DNA from: Marsupella aquatica
Taxonomy: Eukaryota > Plantae > Marchantiophyta
Reading direction: 5' to 3'
DNA: 64,000 nt
NCBI GenBank assembly: GCA_973895155.1
Contig: OZ316893.1
Location: forward strand, 15,406,645-15,470,644
The notes under the pieces were generated by a model. That model saw nothing but the letters and a program-made list of their open reading frames with translations. It ran no database searches and was not told the origin of the DNA. Position 1 is the first letter of the stretch, and every line of letters begins with the position of its first letter. The translations under genes were made by a program, and so were the position numbers. Below are positions 1 through 12,979 of this stretch, piece by piece.

Positions 1-660
1 CAAGCTTATTACTTTAGTCCAGTTTCATGTCGCTGGTTTCGAGCGAGATTTCTCAGTGAATACTTAACAGGAGAAGGTCCACCATAGCTGGTTGGGAAGC
101 GGATTGGTAGGCTTTCTAACAAGACAATTTTCGTTTGATTCCGATCACATTTGAGAAACATATGAGCCCCGAAAGCTGCAGATATCAATGTTCCTCGATT
201 TTGACCGTGTTCAATTTTTTGTCAAACCAGATTTCGACGGGTGTTGGCAGCAAGGGACTTACCGGAGCCTTCATTGGTACCCGTGGTTTTCCTGACGAAT
301 GACAGGTTTTTACACGCCCTAGTCAAAATTTAGCCCACCCTCCATTTGCATTGTTAGTTATTACGGAGTCCCTCGCTCTCAAGTAAGCGACCTTTTTACC
401 GTACTTTGGTCTGGGCTGCTCCCGACGGCTGTCCACCTCCCAGCTACACTAGGGTACGTTGGTCTCCGTCAGAATGGACTCCATGAAACCTGGTCTTGCG
501 GGGAGGGGGGTTTGGGGGCGCCAGCCAGGTAGAGCAGTGCGGTTGGCCAAGATGGCTTTTGCCTGGGTACTCTTTTGTAAGAATCTCCAACCGTGACATC
601 GGATTTTGAGCAATTTATGTAAGAATCTCCCACCGTGACATCGGATTTTGAGCAATTTGT
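1..660. mobile_element. Probable LTR-retrotransposon LTR fragment, truncated by the window edge
   Basis: Non-coding segment with a GC-rich part, ending in ...CCGTGACA (TGTCACGG on the minus strand, LTR-terminus-like). No partner LTR or TSD is visible. Confidence 0.3.
576..658. repeat. 42-bp tandem duplication
   Basis: TGTAAGAATCTCC(A/C)ACCGTGACATCGGATTTTGAGCAATTT at 576 and 618. Confidence 0.95.
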
Positions 661-1339
661 CATAAATATGTACAGTAGTACCTTTCTTTTATGGAAAATC
701 CTGTAGGCCAGGGCGCCAGGCAAGGAAAACCATTTCTTTGGAGATTTTTTTATATAATTCCTCCAAGTGTCAGATCCAAGCCATGCAACTGGAGGTATAT
801 GCTTGATGGATCCCCTAAGTGAATCTCCTGCCTTATAGAACACAAACTTTTATTCGTGACAATTTGGATCCCTTCTAATACTTTTGTGTCATACGTGCTT
901 CTAACAGGTCGTATAAGGGGTAGAGCTTGATAAGAGGTGTAGTCTTATCGCGCCCTTCCAACAAGGCTCTAAGTCCAACTGCCTACCAATTTTGCAATGA
1001 AAACCTTTGATGAGCCAAACAAGAACAAACTTCTTCAGAATAGCCGGCTCTCCTCTTCAACAACACGATACATTGCCCTCCTACTAGAGTTTGATTGTTT
1101 CCATCAAAGTTGCATAGTGGACCTCAAGCTGTTCCACTATGCCCAGGACAATGCCTCATTGTTTTCCTTCACACCATCGGTGGGAGCTGCCTTACGTTTA
1201 ACCTTACTACAAGATGAAGTCAAATTTGGAACGCAACCAATGGAGCCCCAGCTGCAACAGTGTAGCAGGCAATTTCAGATTGTGAGTGACATCCAAATGA
1301 GTTTGCATGGAACGCTTTGAATAATGAAAACAGGTTACT

Positions 1340-1457
1340 TGTGCAGACTGGCTATGCAAACAAAGTTATGCTTCCCATTATCATCAACAAGGTGACTATG
1401 TGTAGACTGGTTATGCAAACAAATTATGCTTCCCATTATCATCAACAAGGTGACTAA
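1340..1457. repeat. ~59-bp tandem duplication
   Basis: TGTG(C/T)AGACTGG(C/T)TATGCAAACAAA-TTATGCTTCCCATTATCATCAACAAGGTGACTA occurs twice. Confidence 0.9.
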
Positions 1458-3033
1458 ACTGAATGTCTTCCTTTAGCCTTAGAAATACTTCTGCCCATGG
1501 GGCCATAGCAAAAGTGAGGACTGCCGTCTTGCCCCTAGCACAACGCCATGGCATTGAGTTCAAAATCTGTTTTTTTTGTAATGTGAGGGAAAGTCATTTC
1601 AACTCAAACCCTTTTTTACACAAAAACCTGGCGCTGTGTTTGCATTGGACTTTGTGTTTGAATGCCACTGTGATGATGTACAATTGCATGGTAAGAACAC
1701 CAGAAGACAACAGCAAGAAGAATGCAATGAATCTGTTAGATTCTCATGCAGTTTGATTTAAAAAATATATGAGGGAGAAATTAGTCAAATTCTTGTTCAG
1801 TTTGACTCAACTTAACAATGAAGAAGTTAGCCTGTACAATACTTGGGATTAGACATTCATTCTAGAACTTCCAGTTTCATCATATTCTGATGTTGATCAA
1901 GGTCTCCAATACATCTACACGCTGAGAAGTATGGTCAGACAATGTACGTGGAGATGAGCTGGCAGCTATCTGGCAACCATTGCCATGAGAGAATGTGAGC
2001 CAAAAGCTAAACATGTTCAAACTTTGATGACTACTCTGGATGGCTACTTCCATGCCTTCAACCTGCAGGGTCTAGAAGCTTCACGTCTGTCTAATGTGTC
2101 CTGTGCCAAACAGTTCATGAAGTTCATCATAATTCTCCTTTTGGCACAAGGACATTGTTTTCCCTTGCTTTCTTTGCTGGCTTTGATGGTGCATAAAAGC
2201 TATCCCTCTCAGTCCTGCTAACACCCAAAATTCATTTCACATTGCCAAAGTTTGAACACAGCTGCAAGTACCAAAAAACCAATGAAAACAGAGAGTCAAA
2301 ACTCAAACACAACGCTCCTAGTGCACTAATGAAATAGAGTGTCATGGCGCTATGTTTGAGTAGTGCATTAGGTCTGTGTAGTCATGTTGTGGTTGCTGAA
2401 ATGTCATCATTTTAGTTGGGTGGTTACTGTTGTGAGTTATTGTCATTTTCGTCAATGTTACAAAGTGCTGTTGTTGGGGAGGGTGTGGGCGTGGAGGGTG
2501 GGGAATCTAAGATGGGCAATATTATGGCAGTTGGGTCATGGTCCCAGGCATGGTGCTATCCAGGTGTGATTGTGCTTTGCTAAATGGAGGGAGGGAAATT
2601 TTCCATTTCCCCCCTCTCCATTTTATGCCTTTTTCCCAACCCTTCACCCTCCCATTCTCTCTTTTTGCTCTTGCTCTTGCTCTTGCTCATCCCTCCCTCC
2701 CCCCAAGCTTTTCTTCCCTTCAACATTATTTTAAAAAGACAAAAAAGGTGGAGGAAAAAACAAAATTAACCCAAAGGAAAATATCTCCTTCTTCTCTATA
2801 GCAAAAAGCCAAAATAACCTCTAATACCAATGTACTTCTCATCTAGGGGTTCTGAGAAAATGGCACATAACCCCCTAGATGGCACATAACATCTAGAGCT
2901 TGTGTTGTGATATTCATTCTATACTTGCAATAGGTATGTCACTGCCTTGTACCTTCTTACCTTTGAGGCAGTATATGATAATTCTGACTTCTTCCCTAAT
3001 TTTTCAATTGTGAAACAGATGATGCGGAGCTTT

Positions 3034-3209
3034 AGTCACCGTCAAGAGGGTTCACTCTAGACTATAGGCCCTGAAGGGTAGCTTCAATTGCACTTTAATA
3101 AAGAGATTTTCCTCTAAGTTAGATTTGATTATAAAATCACAATTGAAAGCTACCCTTCGGTTGGGGAGGGCCTAAGTATGGTTTAGAGTGAAACCTCTAA
3201 ACAGTGACT
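3034..3209. mobile_element. Degenerate fold-back / MITE-like inverted repeat
   Basis: AGTCACCGTCAAGAGGGTTCACTCTAGAC...GAAGGGTAGCTTCAATTG pairs imperfectly with CAATTGAAAGCTACCCTTC...GTTTAGAGTGAAACCTCTAAACAGTGACT. Confidence 0.65.
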
Positions 3210-3327
3210 TTGGGAGAGTATGCATATATAACTGAAATTGAATTGCAAGTGGAAAACCAGGAATTGTGCTAAGATGAATATCTGAAAATGACACTCCAGG
3301 TTTGAATGTACTCACCTCTATATAGTC

Positions 3328-3950
3328 CTAAGTGAGTGCTTAGTGCTTAATTAGCATAACTTAATTATTTCCAGCTTGGAGAGGGAGTGGGCTACCCGAA
3401 CCCTAAAAACCCAAGGCCAAAGAATATCAACTGGCTTCAGTAATCTTGTACTAAGTGAGGGCCCCGTGAGTGCTTAGTGCTTAATTAAACATAACTTATT
3501 TCTTTCTAGCTTGGAGAGGGAGTGAGCATGACCCAACCCAAACACTAAAACCGGTAGGCCAAAGAAATCAACCAGTTTCAGTATTCTTGTACTAAGTGAG
3601 TGCCCTGGTGAGTGCGTAGTGCTTAATTAAGCATAACTTATTTCTTTCTAGCTTGGAGGGGGAGTGCCCTCGTGATCCAACCCGAACCCTTAAAACCCAA
3701 GGCCAAAGAGTATCAACCGGCTTCAGTAATCTTGTAATAAGTGAGCATAACCTATTTCTTTCTAGCTTGGAGGGGGAGTGAGCATGACCCAACCCAAACT
3801 CTAAAAACCTAAGGCCAAAGAAATCAACCCGTTTCAGTAATCTTTTAGTAAGTGAGTGCCCCCGTGAGTGCTTAGTGCATAATTAAGCCTAACTGAGGTT
3901 GAGTGGACATGACCCAAACGAGCCCTAAAACCGAAGGCCAAAGAGGAGTG
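3328..3950. repeat. Tandem array of ~120-140-bp units, about 4.5 copies
   Basis: Recurrent CTAAGTGAGTG..TAGTGCTTAATTA..CATAACTTATTTCTTTCTAGCTTGGAG..AAGGCCAAAGA..ATCAAC..CAGTAATCTTGT. Confidence 0.9.
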
Positions 3951-4887
3951 GAGAGAAACGTCCATCTCATCGGGAAGGACAGTTTAGGGTGCACGGACGG
4001 ACGGACGTTTCATGCTGTTTTGCGTCCATCCTGTGTCCGCCGGATCTTGACGCCATTCGATCGATCAGTCGAGAACTTTTTGGAGGAGGGCAAGTGAACG
4101 ACGAACGATTTGGTCCCGAGGAGAGGACGACCAATTGTTCTCGCCTTCATCAACTGCAGGGCTTCATTATCACCATCCGCTATCACGACTAGCGCATCGA
4201 CACGATATGGAAAGCATGGCACCGAGATTTCATTGTTTTCAGGTGAGGCGCCAAGCTTTTAACTTCCACAGGTCCAACTATCAACCACTTCACCTCGCAA
4301 CCTCATGTCTTCTATGACTTATTCAAAGAATTTGACGTATCATTTTATCTATATCTTTATGAATATATCCATGGGAGGAAGACAAAACTTAAGGCAATCA
4401 ATGCGTTCCCTTATCGGGATTACTCTGGACATCCAAGTCTGTACTTGTCTGGAGACATCCGCAGACTAGACCAGGCCAGACCAGACCAATGGAGTCTTCC
4501 TTCAATTTCAGAGAATGTCTGTGAAGGTTCATGTCACCACCAATAAGTTGTTTACAAAAGTCTCTGTCCATCCCACACATTTAGTGTAAGATACAGTCCC
4601 ACTTCAAACATTCTGCGAGTAATATAGGTCCTCGGGATCGCACTTGAAACAAGTGCAGTATCTGATTCTCACAATATAGGTCTTCTTCACATATCACAAG
4701 CACTTTGAATTTATCTTAATTGTGCTTTCTGTCATAAAGCTGAACGGGTATTTCATTCCTCCAAACAACGAACCCCCTCAATAGATTTGAATGACCATGA
4801 TTCGCATCGCTGAATTTGGCGATTCTTCTTTTCGTGATTAGTCTTTGGCAATCACGAGTGATGTAGTAACTCCCAGAAGAAGCCTCT

Positions 4888-4935
4888 CTGTTTCTGTTTC
4901 TGTTTCTGTTTCTGTTTGTGTCTGTTTCTTTGTTT
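4888..4935. repeat. (TGTTTC)n microsatellite
   Basis: Read directly from the sequence. Confidence 0.9.
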
Positions 4936-6030
4936 GTGTTGGTGGGCCGTCCTAAAATGTACCCCTGAGGGAAATGTTCAGACTACCGTGGCTCCAATTC
5001 TTCAGTAGGGACTTATCAATCGAACAGCCAATCAGTAACCATTAGGGATTTCGTTTTCGGATCATTCATTTTGACTGCGTTTGCCGAGAGCCTAACTCTT
5101 GGCTCCGCGTTACTATTCCTTACGTGTGTGACCCTGGTTCAACTCTTATGGCAACGCCACTTGATATGTCACACTCTACCCTCCCACTACTTGTACTCCT
5201 CACTACTTGCTTGAAATTGCGTTCTTCTCCTTTCAGTGGTTGAAAATGTTTTTAGACTTTTTAGAGTCGAGAAAACAGATAGACCTCTAAAGATTACAGT
5301 TTGTGAGAATCCCGAAGGCTCGTTCAGTTAAGAATACAAACTTCACAGCTCTCCGGTTTGGAGATATGAAGTGACCATCTAACATTATCACGAGTCTTAT
5401 CTTGAGGGTGTCTTCATGCTTGACCAACAGTCTGCTTTTTCCAATAAGTACATTATTGCAGTTCTATAACAAAGGTTGTAGGATCTGGAAATTTTGTCTT
5501 TTAACTGGTACAAAAGACTTCTTGCTTATTGATCCTCGTCTCGACTCTCTGCATCCTATGTTCATAGTTCTATTATTAATAGTGCACTCAATTCCGTGCC
5601 ACTTACTAGTTATTCCTAGCTAAAAGAGATCTTTTGAGGACAGAACTGCAAACTCAACTCGGAAAGCCTCATAAAAAGTGACTTTCATCGAAACCTCAGG
5701 GACATTGAGTAATGAAAAGGTCAGCCCTATGCCATTTAATACAATTCCTTCTCTGAAATAGAAACAAAACATAATTTTAAATTGTAGTATTTCTGTATCT
5801 TGGCAAGTATAAATACGTAACAGATAACGACGATGTTATTCAACAATGTCAAGCTAACTTCGTTGTTATTGTTTTGCTGCTGCTACTTTTGACAACGATG
5901 GATGCTTTCAATAGAACGGGCATTCCAGAATAACTAATCCGCTATACTCGCTGCTCAGAGCATTTATTAAAGATGTACCCCCTCTATAACCAGAGAGGCT
6001 ACCTGTTTACTCCAAAAAGATTACAGGGAA

Positions 6031-7198
6031 ATGTCTGCAACAAAACCAGCTCTGTTAAGAGCTTTTGCTGAATCATTTGCATCTCCTTACCACAATGCGA
6101 ATCAAAAGTCTATTCCTGGCGAAAAGAACGTGCTCAAATCAACAAGAAGACTTGGAAGGAAAGTCGATCAAATGAAAGTAAAGCCTAGCCCCAAGAAAGT
6201 AAAGGCGTCGTTTGCCTCGTCTTTTCGATATATTGTGCAGCCCATTTTTCCGAAAAATCCTCTGTGCTTGTATCTGAATGCCAAGTTTTGCAAAGAAAAC
6301 AGGCTCGAGAATAACACCCTCGTGGATCTCACCATCCACGGTGTGATTGAAAACCGTTGGGCTGTAGAGTTCGTGTACCGTGATCATTCAGACTTCAAAA
6401 GAAAAGCTATTATGCACAATGGGTTTCATGAATTTATCGAGGATAATGACTTGAAAGAAGGTGATCAATTGGTCTTTCATCTCATGCCATGTACTCTTGG
6501 GAATACTTCCCGCCCTTGGTTTCAGGTCTGTTCTACCATTCATGCACCTTCCTCCCCCAGGAGTTCAAAGAAAACAATCCTCTCTGCTTTAAGATAACTC
6601 GATTACTTTGTCTTAAATTCCTATTTGATTGGTTTCTGTACGAAGTGGAGCCACTAGAGCAGTTTTCAGATCTGTCAATCAGGGTTTCAGTTTGAAATGG
6701 ATTAAATGTACTAAGGAAAATGGAACATGTATTGAAATTTTAGTTCCAAAGACACAACCCGTAGGTGGTCCTCTGTCGTGTGAATATTTTTCATATCAAG
6801 TTGAACTCCGTGTCCACAGAGCGATTGACAGGGAACTCGCTCAATAAGAATAATCAGCCTAAAGAGACTAATACCCCCAAATGTTGTTTAGCTTTCTGTC
6901 TTGCATTGCGTGTGAATAACCTCCTAATCCTCTTTCTTCTGTGTAGGTGTTCATAAAAAGTCGAAATTTCTGTCCATCAAGCAATCACTCTGTAGACCAG
7001 GTTGGAGATGAAGTTTTCTTTCCCAAAGTTTGCAATGTTATGAACCACCAAGTCTTGCCATCTCCATCCCGCATAGTCATAAGATCGCCTGAAGGACCCA
7101 TGACTCAAGAAACACGACCTCCTATTCAGAGATCTTACAAGCTAGTTTTCAACGGAAGAGTAGTAAGACACTTTTTTACCCTAGAGTACACTAATTGA
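6031..7198 (+). CDS. B3 DNA-binding domain protein (REM-like); exons 6031-6525 and 6947-7198
   Basis: ORF contains LYLNAKFCKEN...WAVEF...GFHEFIEDNDLKEGDQLVFHL, matching the B3 signature GW/F..F..DN.L..GD..VF. A phase-0 GT donor at 6526 and TAG acceptor at 6944-6946 join PWFQ|VFIKSR, completing the B3 terminal F.V.I strand. Start codon uncertain. Confidence 0.75.
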
Positions 7199-7788
7199 GA
7201 AGAGACAAAACTCAGGCTATCAATTAGAGCAATGTCATTTCATTTGTCTAGCAGACTTCCATCAAGTAATATTTACAACCAAATCTACTGTATTTTCTTT
7301 CTAGACATTCATCAATGGTGTCCAAACATAGCTACTTGCCAACATATTAAATTTGTAGTCTACTTGAATGCAAGCCAAATTATCAGCTTTCATCTTCATA
7401 CTGTTGATTGAAATGTTGATTCCGTTATCAATGGACATGAATGCTTTAGCATGACCCGCACAGAACCAGATGTAGTAGGCTGTCCATATATCTTCTCTGC
7501 TGTGGAGGGCATGACTCCCTATTGAACTTTGAATTAACAATATTGTGAATCGGCTGCACTTGGGAGAAAGTCAATGCTGAATGGATTCAAAACTTCTTTT
7601 CTGTACTGTAATCGTTATCCGCATGATCATGTCAAATTAGACGAGTGAGAATCAGTGCACTTTGGACCTTTTCTACTGCATAGGGATTACTGGATTTGAA
7701 TACATTAGAAAATGCTTCGTAGGAACCCTTGAAATTTGACTGACTCAAGAGTCTAGGTTAGGAGATGGAAACTTACGGTCCTATTTCA

Positions 7789-8170
7789 TGTGAGTGGACC
7801 GAGGCCCCAGATGACCACGATCTTTGGTAGAGAGTGGGACCATTTAAAACATAGAGAGTTACCCCCTCTGAGTCGGAAAAGTCTGGAGATGGCTCGCCAG
7901 TCAAGGATACATAATGGAAACTAAGGGCCCTATTGGATGTGAGTGGACCCAGGCCCCAGATATCCAGAGTCTTTGGAAGTGATTGGGGCCATTCAAAACA
8001 TAGAGAGTTAGCCCTTCGGACCTGGAAAGTTTGGGGATGGCTGGATGAGGCATCTCCACAATGATTTGCTTCGGTGGTAACCCACAAGAGTTGCCCTGAC
8101 ATGGAATAGAAGCATCTCCACAATGCTTTGCTTGGGAGTAACACACAAGAGGGGCCCTGACATGGAATAT
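7789..8170. repeat. ~149-bp direct duplication plus a ~60-bp duplication
   Basis: TGTGAGTGGACC.AGGCCCCAGAT...AAAACATAGAGAGTTA at ~7789 and ~7938; CATCTCCACAATG..TTGCTT..ACAAGAG..GCCCTGACATGGAATA twice. Confidence 0.8.
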
Positions 8171-9445
8171 AGCTGTTAACTTTAGAATTCAAAACCCTCA
8201 ATATTCTGTAAGCCCCTCCCCCTCTCACTGGGCGTGGGAAAGGGTTGTTGGGTGTATGAGTTGGGTCAAGTGCCATAAATCTCTCGCGGATGAAACGTTT
8301 TGGGCCAGAAAATAAAACCCTGTGAGTCAATGGGATGAAACCCGCTGCAAGGTCTAACTTCCCATTCATCTCAGAAGAATTTCATTGATTCATCTCATTC
8401 AAAAATTATTTGGAGAAGACTCAAGACAGCGTCTTTGTAGATAAGTTTCCACTGTACATACGTAATTGGTCAACTTTCCATGTCTCCATTAACTTTGATG
8501 AGGCCGTCTGCAACGTCTTCCAAACCAATTCAGACGGATTCCAATTATTAGCCTCATTCAATACTTATTTGGAGAAGACTCATGAGACAAGACATCCCCT
8601 TTGTAGATAAGTTTCTACTATACATCGGTAATTGGTTAACTTTCCATGTTTCCACTAGGGCTACTCAAAGCTGGCCTTAATAAGATAAGGCCCTCCTCTA
8701 ACTCAAGTATTAAGGGAACTCCTGGAAAAGTAATGGGAGACAATCTTGGGCTACTGTAAAGAAAGCCCCCGGGCTGGAGACTTAACCTATAACTTTCCCA
8801 AAATTTAGGCAGGAATCTGGGACTCAGGAACTCTAGAAAGCCACGCAACTTAAGGCATGTGCGCTTTGCACCTGACGTGGTCATGGCTGGTCAATGCTAC
8901 CTCTCCACATTTTTTTAATTCACTAACTAGGTCCCACAAGCAGAGTTACGGGATGGACAATAAATCTGTAACTTTCAGTAATGACCCAGCTTTGAGCTTT
9001 GAGAGGCCCTATCAAAGTTTGATGAGGCCCCTTGCAAGGTCTTCCCATCCATTTCAGATGGAATTCATTTATTAATCAATCTCATTGAATACTTATTCTG
9101 AGGAGACTCAAGACATTTGTGGTTTAGATAAGTTTCCAGTTTACACCCATGATTTGTTCCCAAATTTGTTAACTGTCTGTGTCTCCATTAAACTTAATGT
9201 TCAGCCATAATTGCACTCCAAACATTGTCTCATAATTGGCTGGATGGAGAGGAGAGTCAAGAGAAGGCAAGAGCAGGGTGGCCTGTGTGATTCACAAATC
9301 ATTGATGCATGCAAGATTTTAGGCACACAAAATGACTGGCATAGTAGAAGGTGGACTGCAAAAATTCTTGGACCGGAGCAAGGTTCACTGATTTCCCCCA
9401 AAAAAAGCATTGAATTGGTAGTTTGGAGAATCCCTTTTTATCTTG

Positions 9446-9446
<1 letters not shown>

Positions 9447-9480
<34 letters not shown>
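9447..9480. repeat. (CTAT)n microsatellite
   Basis: Read directly from the sequence. Confidence 0.95.
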
Positions 9481-9481
<1 letters not shown>

Positions 9482-9924
9482 AATTCACGATTGAAGTCTA
9501 CCGTTCATATTCTACTGTTTAGAGGCCATAGGTAGTAATTTCTCTGGTAACAAGTGAAATCTTGATGTTTAGACCGAGGTTAATTTGGACTCTGCTTGTG
9601 ACTAAGGATGGGCATGGGGAGGGTTGGTAAAGAGAGCTCTTCCTGTCCACAAGCACGGGTATTTCAACTAGTGCAACCAAATTTATAACAATACTTTTGT
9701 TGTACTTATATTCAGGACCATGACTTTATGGCTCAAAACTTGTGTAAGCTGGGCTTGGCACAAGTGCATTTGAGTGATGAACTAAAAGCATGAAATTATA
9801 TGAATGATGGCTTCTAGCACCAGCATTATTAATATGTAGGCTTTAAAGGTGCACATTTTCCACATGATGGTTGTTATTCTTAAACTTTTATGGAAGACTA
9901 GCTCAATACCTGTGCGTTGCACAA

Positions 9925-10510
9925 AAGATGTTGTGGCAGCCAAGATGTCGTTGAGAACAAGTGGGAGAACAAAAGAGGTCGTGTCGGCCAAGAGGATGTT
10001 GAGAAGAAAGATGTTGTGTCGGCCAAGAGGTCGTTGAGAAGAAAGATGTAGTGTCGCCCAAGATGTTGTTGAGAACAAAAGATGTCGTGTTCGCCAAGAT
10101 GCCGGTGATAACAAAAGATGTCGTGTTGGTCAAGAGGTCATTGAGAAGGAAGATGTCGGGTCGGCCAAGAGGTTGTTGAGAAGGAAGATTGTGTCGGCCA
10201 AGATGCTGGTGATAACAAACAATGTAGTGTCGGCCAAGTTGTTGAGAACAAAAGATGTCGTGAAGAAAACACCTGTGTTGCACAATAGATGTCATGAAGA
10301 AAAATATGTTGTTAAGAAAAAAATATGTCATGTCGCCCAAGATGTTATTAAGAAAAAAGATGTCGTGTCATCTAAGATGTCATTAAGAAAAACAGATGTT
10401 TTGTCGCCCAAGTTGTTGTAATTTAAGAAAAAAGATGTTGTGTCACCCAAGATGCCGTTAAGAAAAAAAGATGTGGTGTCGCCTAAGATGTTCTTAAGAA
10501 AAAACTGTCG
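9925..10510. repeat. Degenerate ~30-35-bp minisatellite
   Basis: Many copies of AAAAGATGTCGTGTCG(G/C)CCAAGATG..GTT(G/A)AGAA. The overlapping ORFs are artefacts of the repeat. Confidence 0.9.
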
Positions 10511-10651
10511 CACAAAAAGGGCGCAGAAAATGAGTAACAACAACCACAAACTATCACCATTTAAAAATGATTTTTGTATTTTTCATTTTATAATTCCTTG
10601 TAAACCTTCTAAAATGTGAAGAAACTTTAGTTATTGCCCTCAATGTGTTGC

Positions 10652-10933
10652 CTCGGGGGGTTAACTAAGTGTATATTTTGGGGTACCACGTGTGATCCTA
10701 GCCTAATATAAATAGACCTATTTTATAAAGAAAATATTCCAAGAATATTCTCCATTTTCAATATTAATAACCTATTTTATAAAAAGTATATATTAGAGAA
10801 TATCCTATAAACATGAGTTTATAATACCTTCTTTTGTCTTCTACGCTTTTTAAAATTTTAGTTAATTTCTATCAAAAATATCTATTTTGGATCGCACGTG
10901 ATTCCTAAGATTTTTGATAATCAACCCCCCGAG
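10652..10933 (+). mobile_element. MITE, family A copy 1
   Basis: TIRs CTCGGGGGGTT / AACCCCCCGAG; perfect 8-bp TSD TGTGTTGC (10644-10651, 10934-10941); AT-rich interior shared with the copies at 14246 and 23917. Confidence 0.95.
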
Positions 10934-12979
10934 TGTGTTGCCATTTCATTCAAAACCATATCCATTTTTTTTATTGTACTTGTTTTCTTGGAGCAAGTAC
11001 CAAGTGAAGGGGTGAGTCCAGATTGAGTTCATTGTATGTTCATAGTATAGCACATGCAAATACACTAAACTGTAGATAAGTGACACTCTCACTATCTGAT
11101 TGCACTAATTTGCTTTTCCATTCCTTGATAAGTGCACATCCCCTAAAATTTTCACTTAGTAATAAATGACATCTTCACAGGTGAGCACCCGTGTGACTCA
11201 TTTACACAAAATGTGAATACTTGCCCTAATTAAATTTGATGTCCATAAGTCTAAATTTCCTTTACTAAAAAAGGGTGTGCACTTATCAGTAAATGCAATC
11301 TCATTGGATTATGTGCTTACTGATAAGTGTACCATCTTTCTTAGTTTGAGTATAAAATGCACTTATAAATTGTTTTGCACCTATTATAGTTATCATTTAG
11401 CCAAATGATTTTATATCTATTTGGCCTTAGAAAAGGTGAAAAAATGTAAATTTCTTGTAAAATGAGAAGAAAGAATAGGATGCCTTCTACTAAACCAAAT
11501 TGGCTCTTGGACAGGACCAATTATACATTGGGGCAAGGGTAAATAGTATTGAGAGAGATCAGGGATTGTCCTGACAAATACATTATGTCAAGGGTATGTA
11601 CTTGCAAGTACAATGGGAGGATAGAGGGGGGAATCCATTGGCCTACTATAGAGAAAGTATCGAGGGAAGAATAGAAAAGATTGTGTGTACTTGTTTTGCA
11701 GGGTTACCTTTTTGCAGGGTTTGGATAATTTGTTTCTTTTATACTAAGTTTCTTTAGATTTTTTCTGACACACAAACTGCAAATTCAAATGACTACCACT
11801 TCAAAAAAGTGCGCAACTCTTTATTATAGTTCTTGATGGCATGGCATAATTTAGTCTACCACCCTAGTTGCCGAAACATTTGGTTGCCAGTTTGTGATTT
11901 AAACCGCCACAGTCCACTAGGTTTGGGAAGGACAAAAAAGGGCATCATTTAACTTTCTTGAGAAGATTATCTACTTATCTTAGTGAGTAACCTGGTTGCA
12001 CCAAGACCATAGCAGTTCAAGAGCATCAACACGGGTTTTGCAGTGCATGGCTGCTATTTGAAAATCTTGGTTGATGTGGTGCCTGTCTGGTGTGGCAGTC
12101 ACTATCTTGCATTTGCACCCTTGCCTTGTGAAAACACTCACTCAGAACATGCTGTCAATGACATCCCTGTTCATCCCCCTGTTCATCCCTCAAGTTGTCA
12201 AGAAAGGGAATAGGCACACTGGTTTGGTTGTGACAGCTGGCACATAGCATGTAGCTATGAAGTTTGGCAGTACTGGGAATTCCTTTTAGCAGCCTGAAAT
12301 CTTGGCCATAGGGAGCTTGCCATCCTCATTCTGCTCCCAACCTAAAACCTATATATGGATGGACCCCTCTGATACAAATACAACAGTAGACCATCCTGGA
12401 TATTCACTAGTTTTGCTAGCTAGCACCGGGCCTGTTACAAGCTGCCGGTGCAGATACTCTAAAGTCCCTCATAAGTCTCCCATACTGACTGCAATTGTGA
12501 TATGGCCACATTTAAGTACTTATAGGAAAAGTAAAACCCAATTAAAATTGAGAGTCACAAGTTGGACCAAAAACGGTCAAAGGCTATTAACCGCACAAAT
12601 ACCAAACACATTTAGTCAATAGGGAAAAGGAACTAACAATAAGTAACTATTGGTGCATGGCAACAACAGTCCCACACCCAATGGAAATAAGCACCTAAAC
12701 AACTACCGCAAGAGCAACTAGTGCAGAGAGGGCTGACTCAGTCCAGAAAATAGGAAGAGATCCATGAACATCTGAACAACTGTCAACCAGCAAAAATCCA
12801 CGAGAGTATTAACCAATTGCAAAGCACAAGGGGAACTACAACTAAAATCCAGGGACCACAACAAAAAAATGTGAATCCAAGAAAACCCCACTATCTGCAT
12901 TCAAGGTGGGACACGAGGATGAAGCTCCACCAGGAAGATCCCATCACCAAAAGAGAAAAGACCGTCATCATGACCATAA

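Noticed and set aside
940-2300. Decayed transposase-like coding sequence
   Set aside because: Looks like eroded coding DNA but no family motif could be identified
7773-8369. 198-aa minus-strand ORF as a gene
   Set aside because: Overlaps internal direct repeats and shows no recognisable motif
9925-10510. CRISPR-like array, or coding ORFs 9782-10549
   Set aside because: Units are contiguous and degenerate with no unique spacers, there are no cas genes and the context is eukaryotic; the ORFs are repeat-derived
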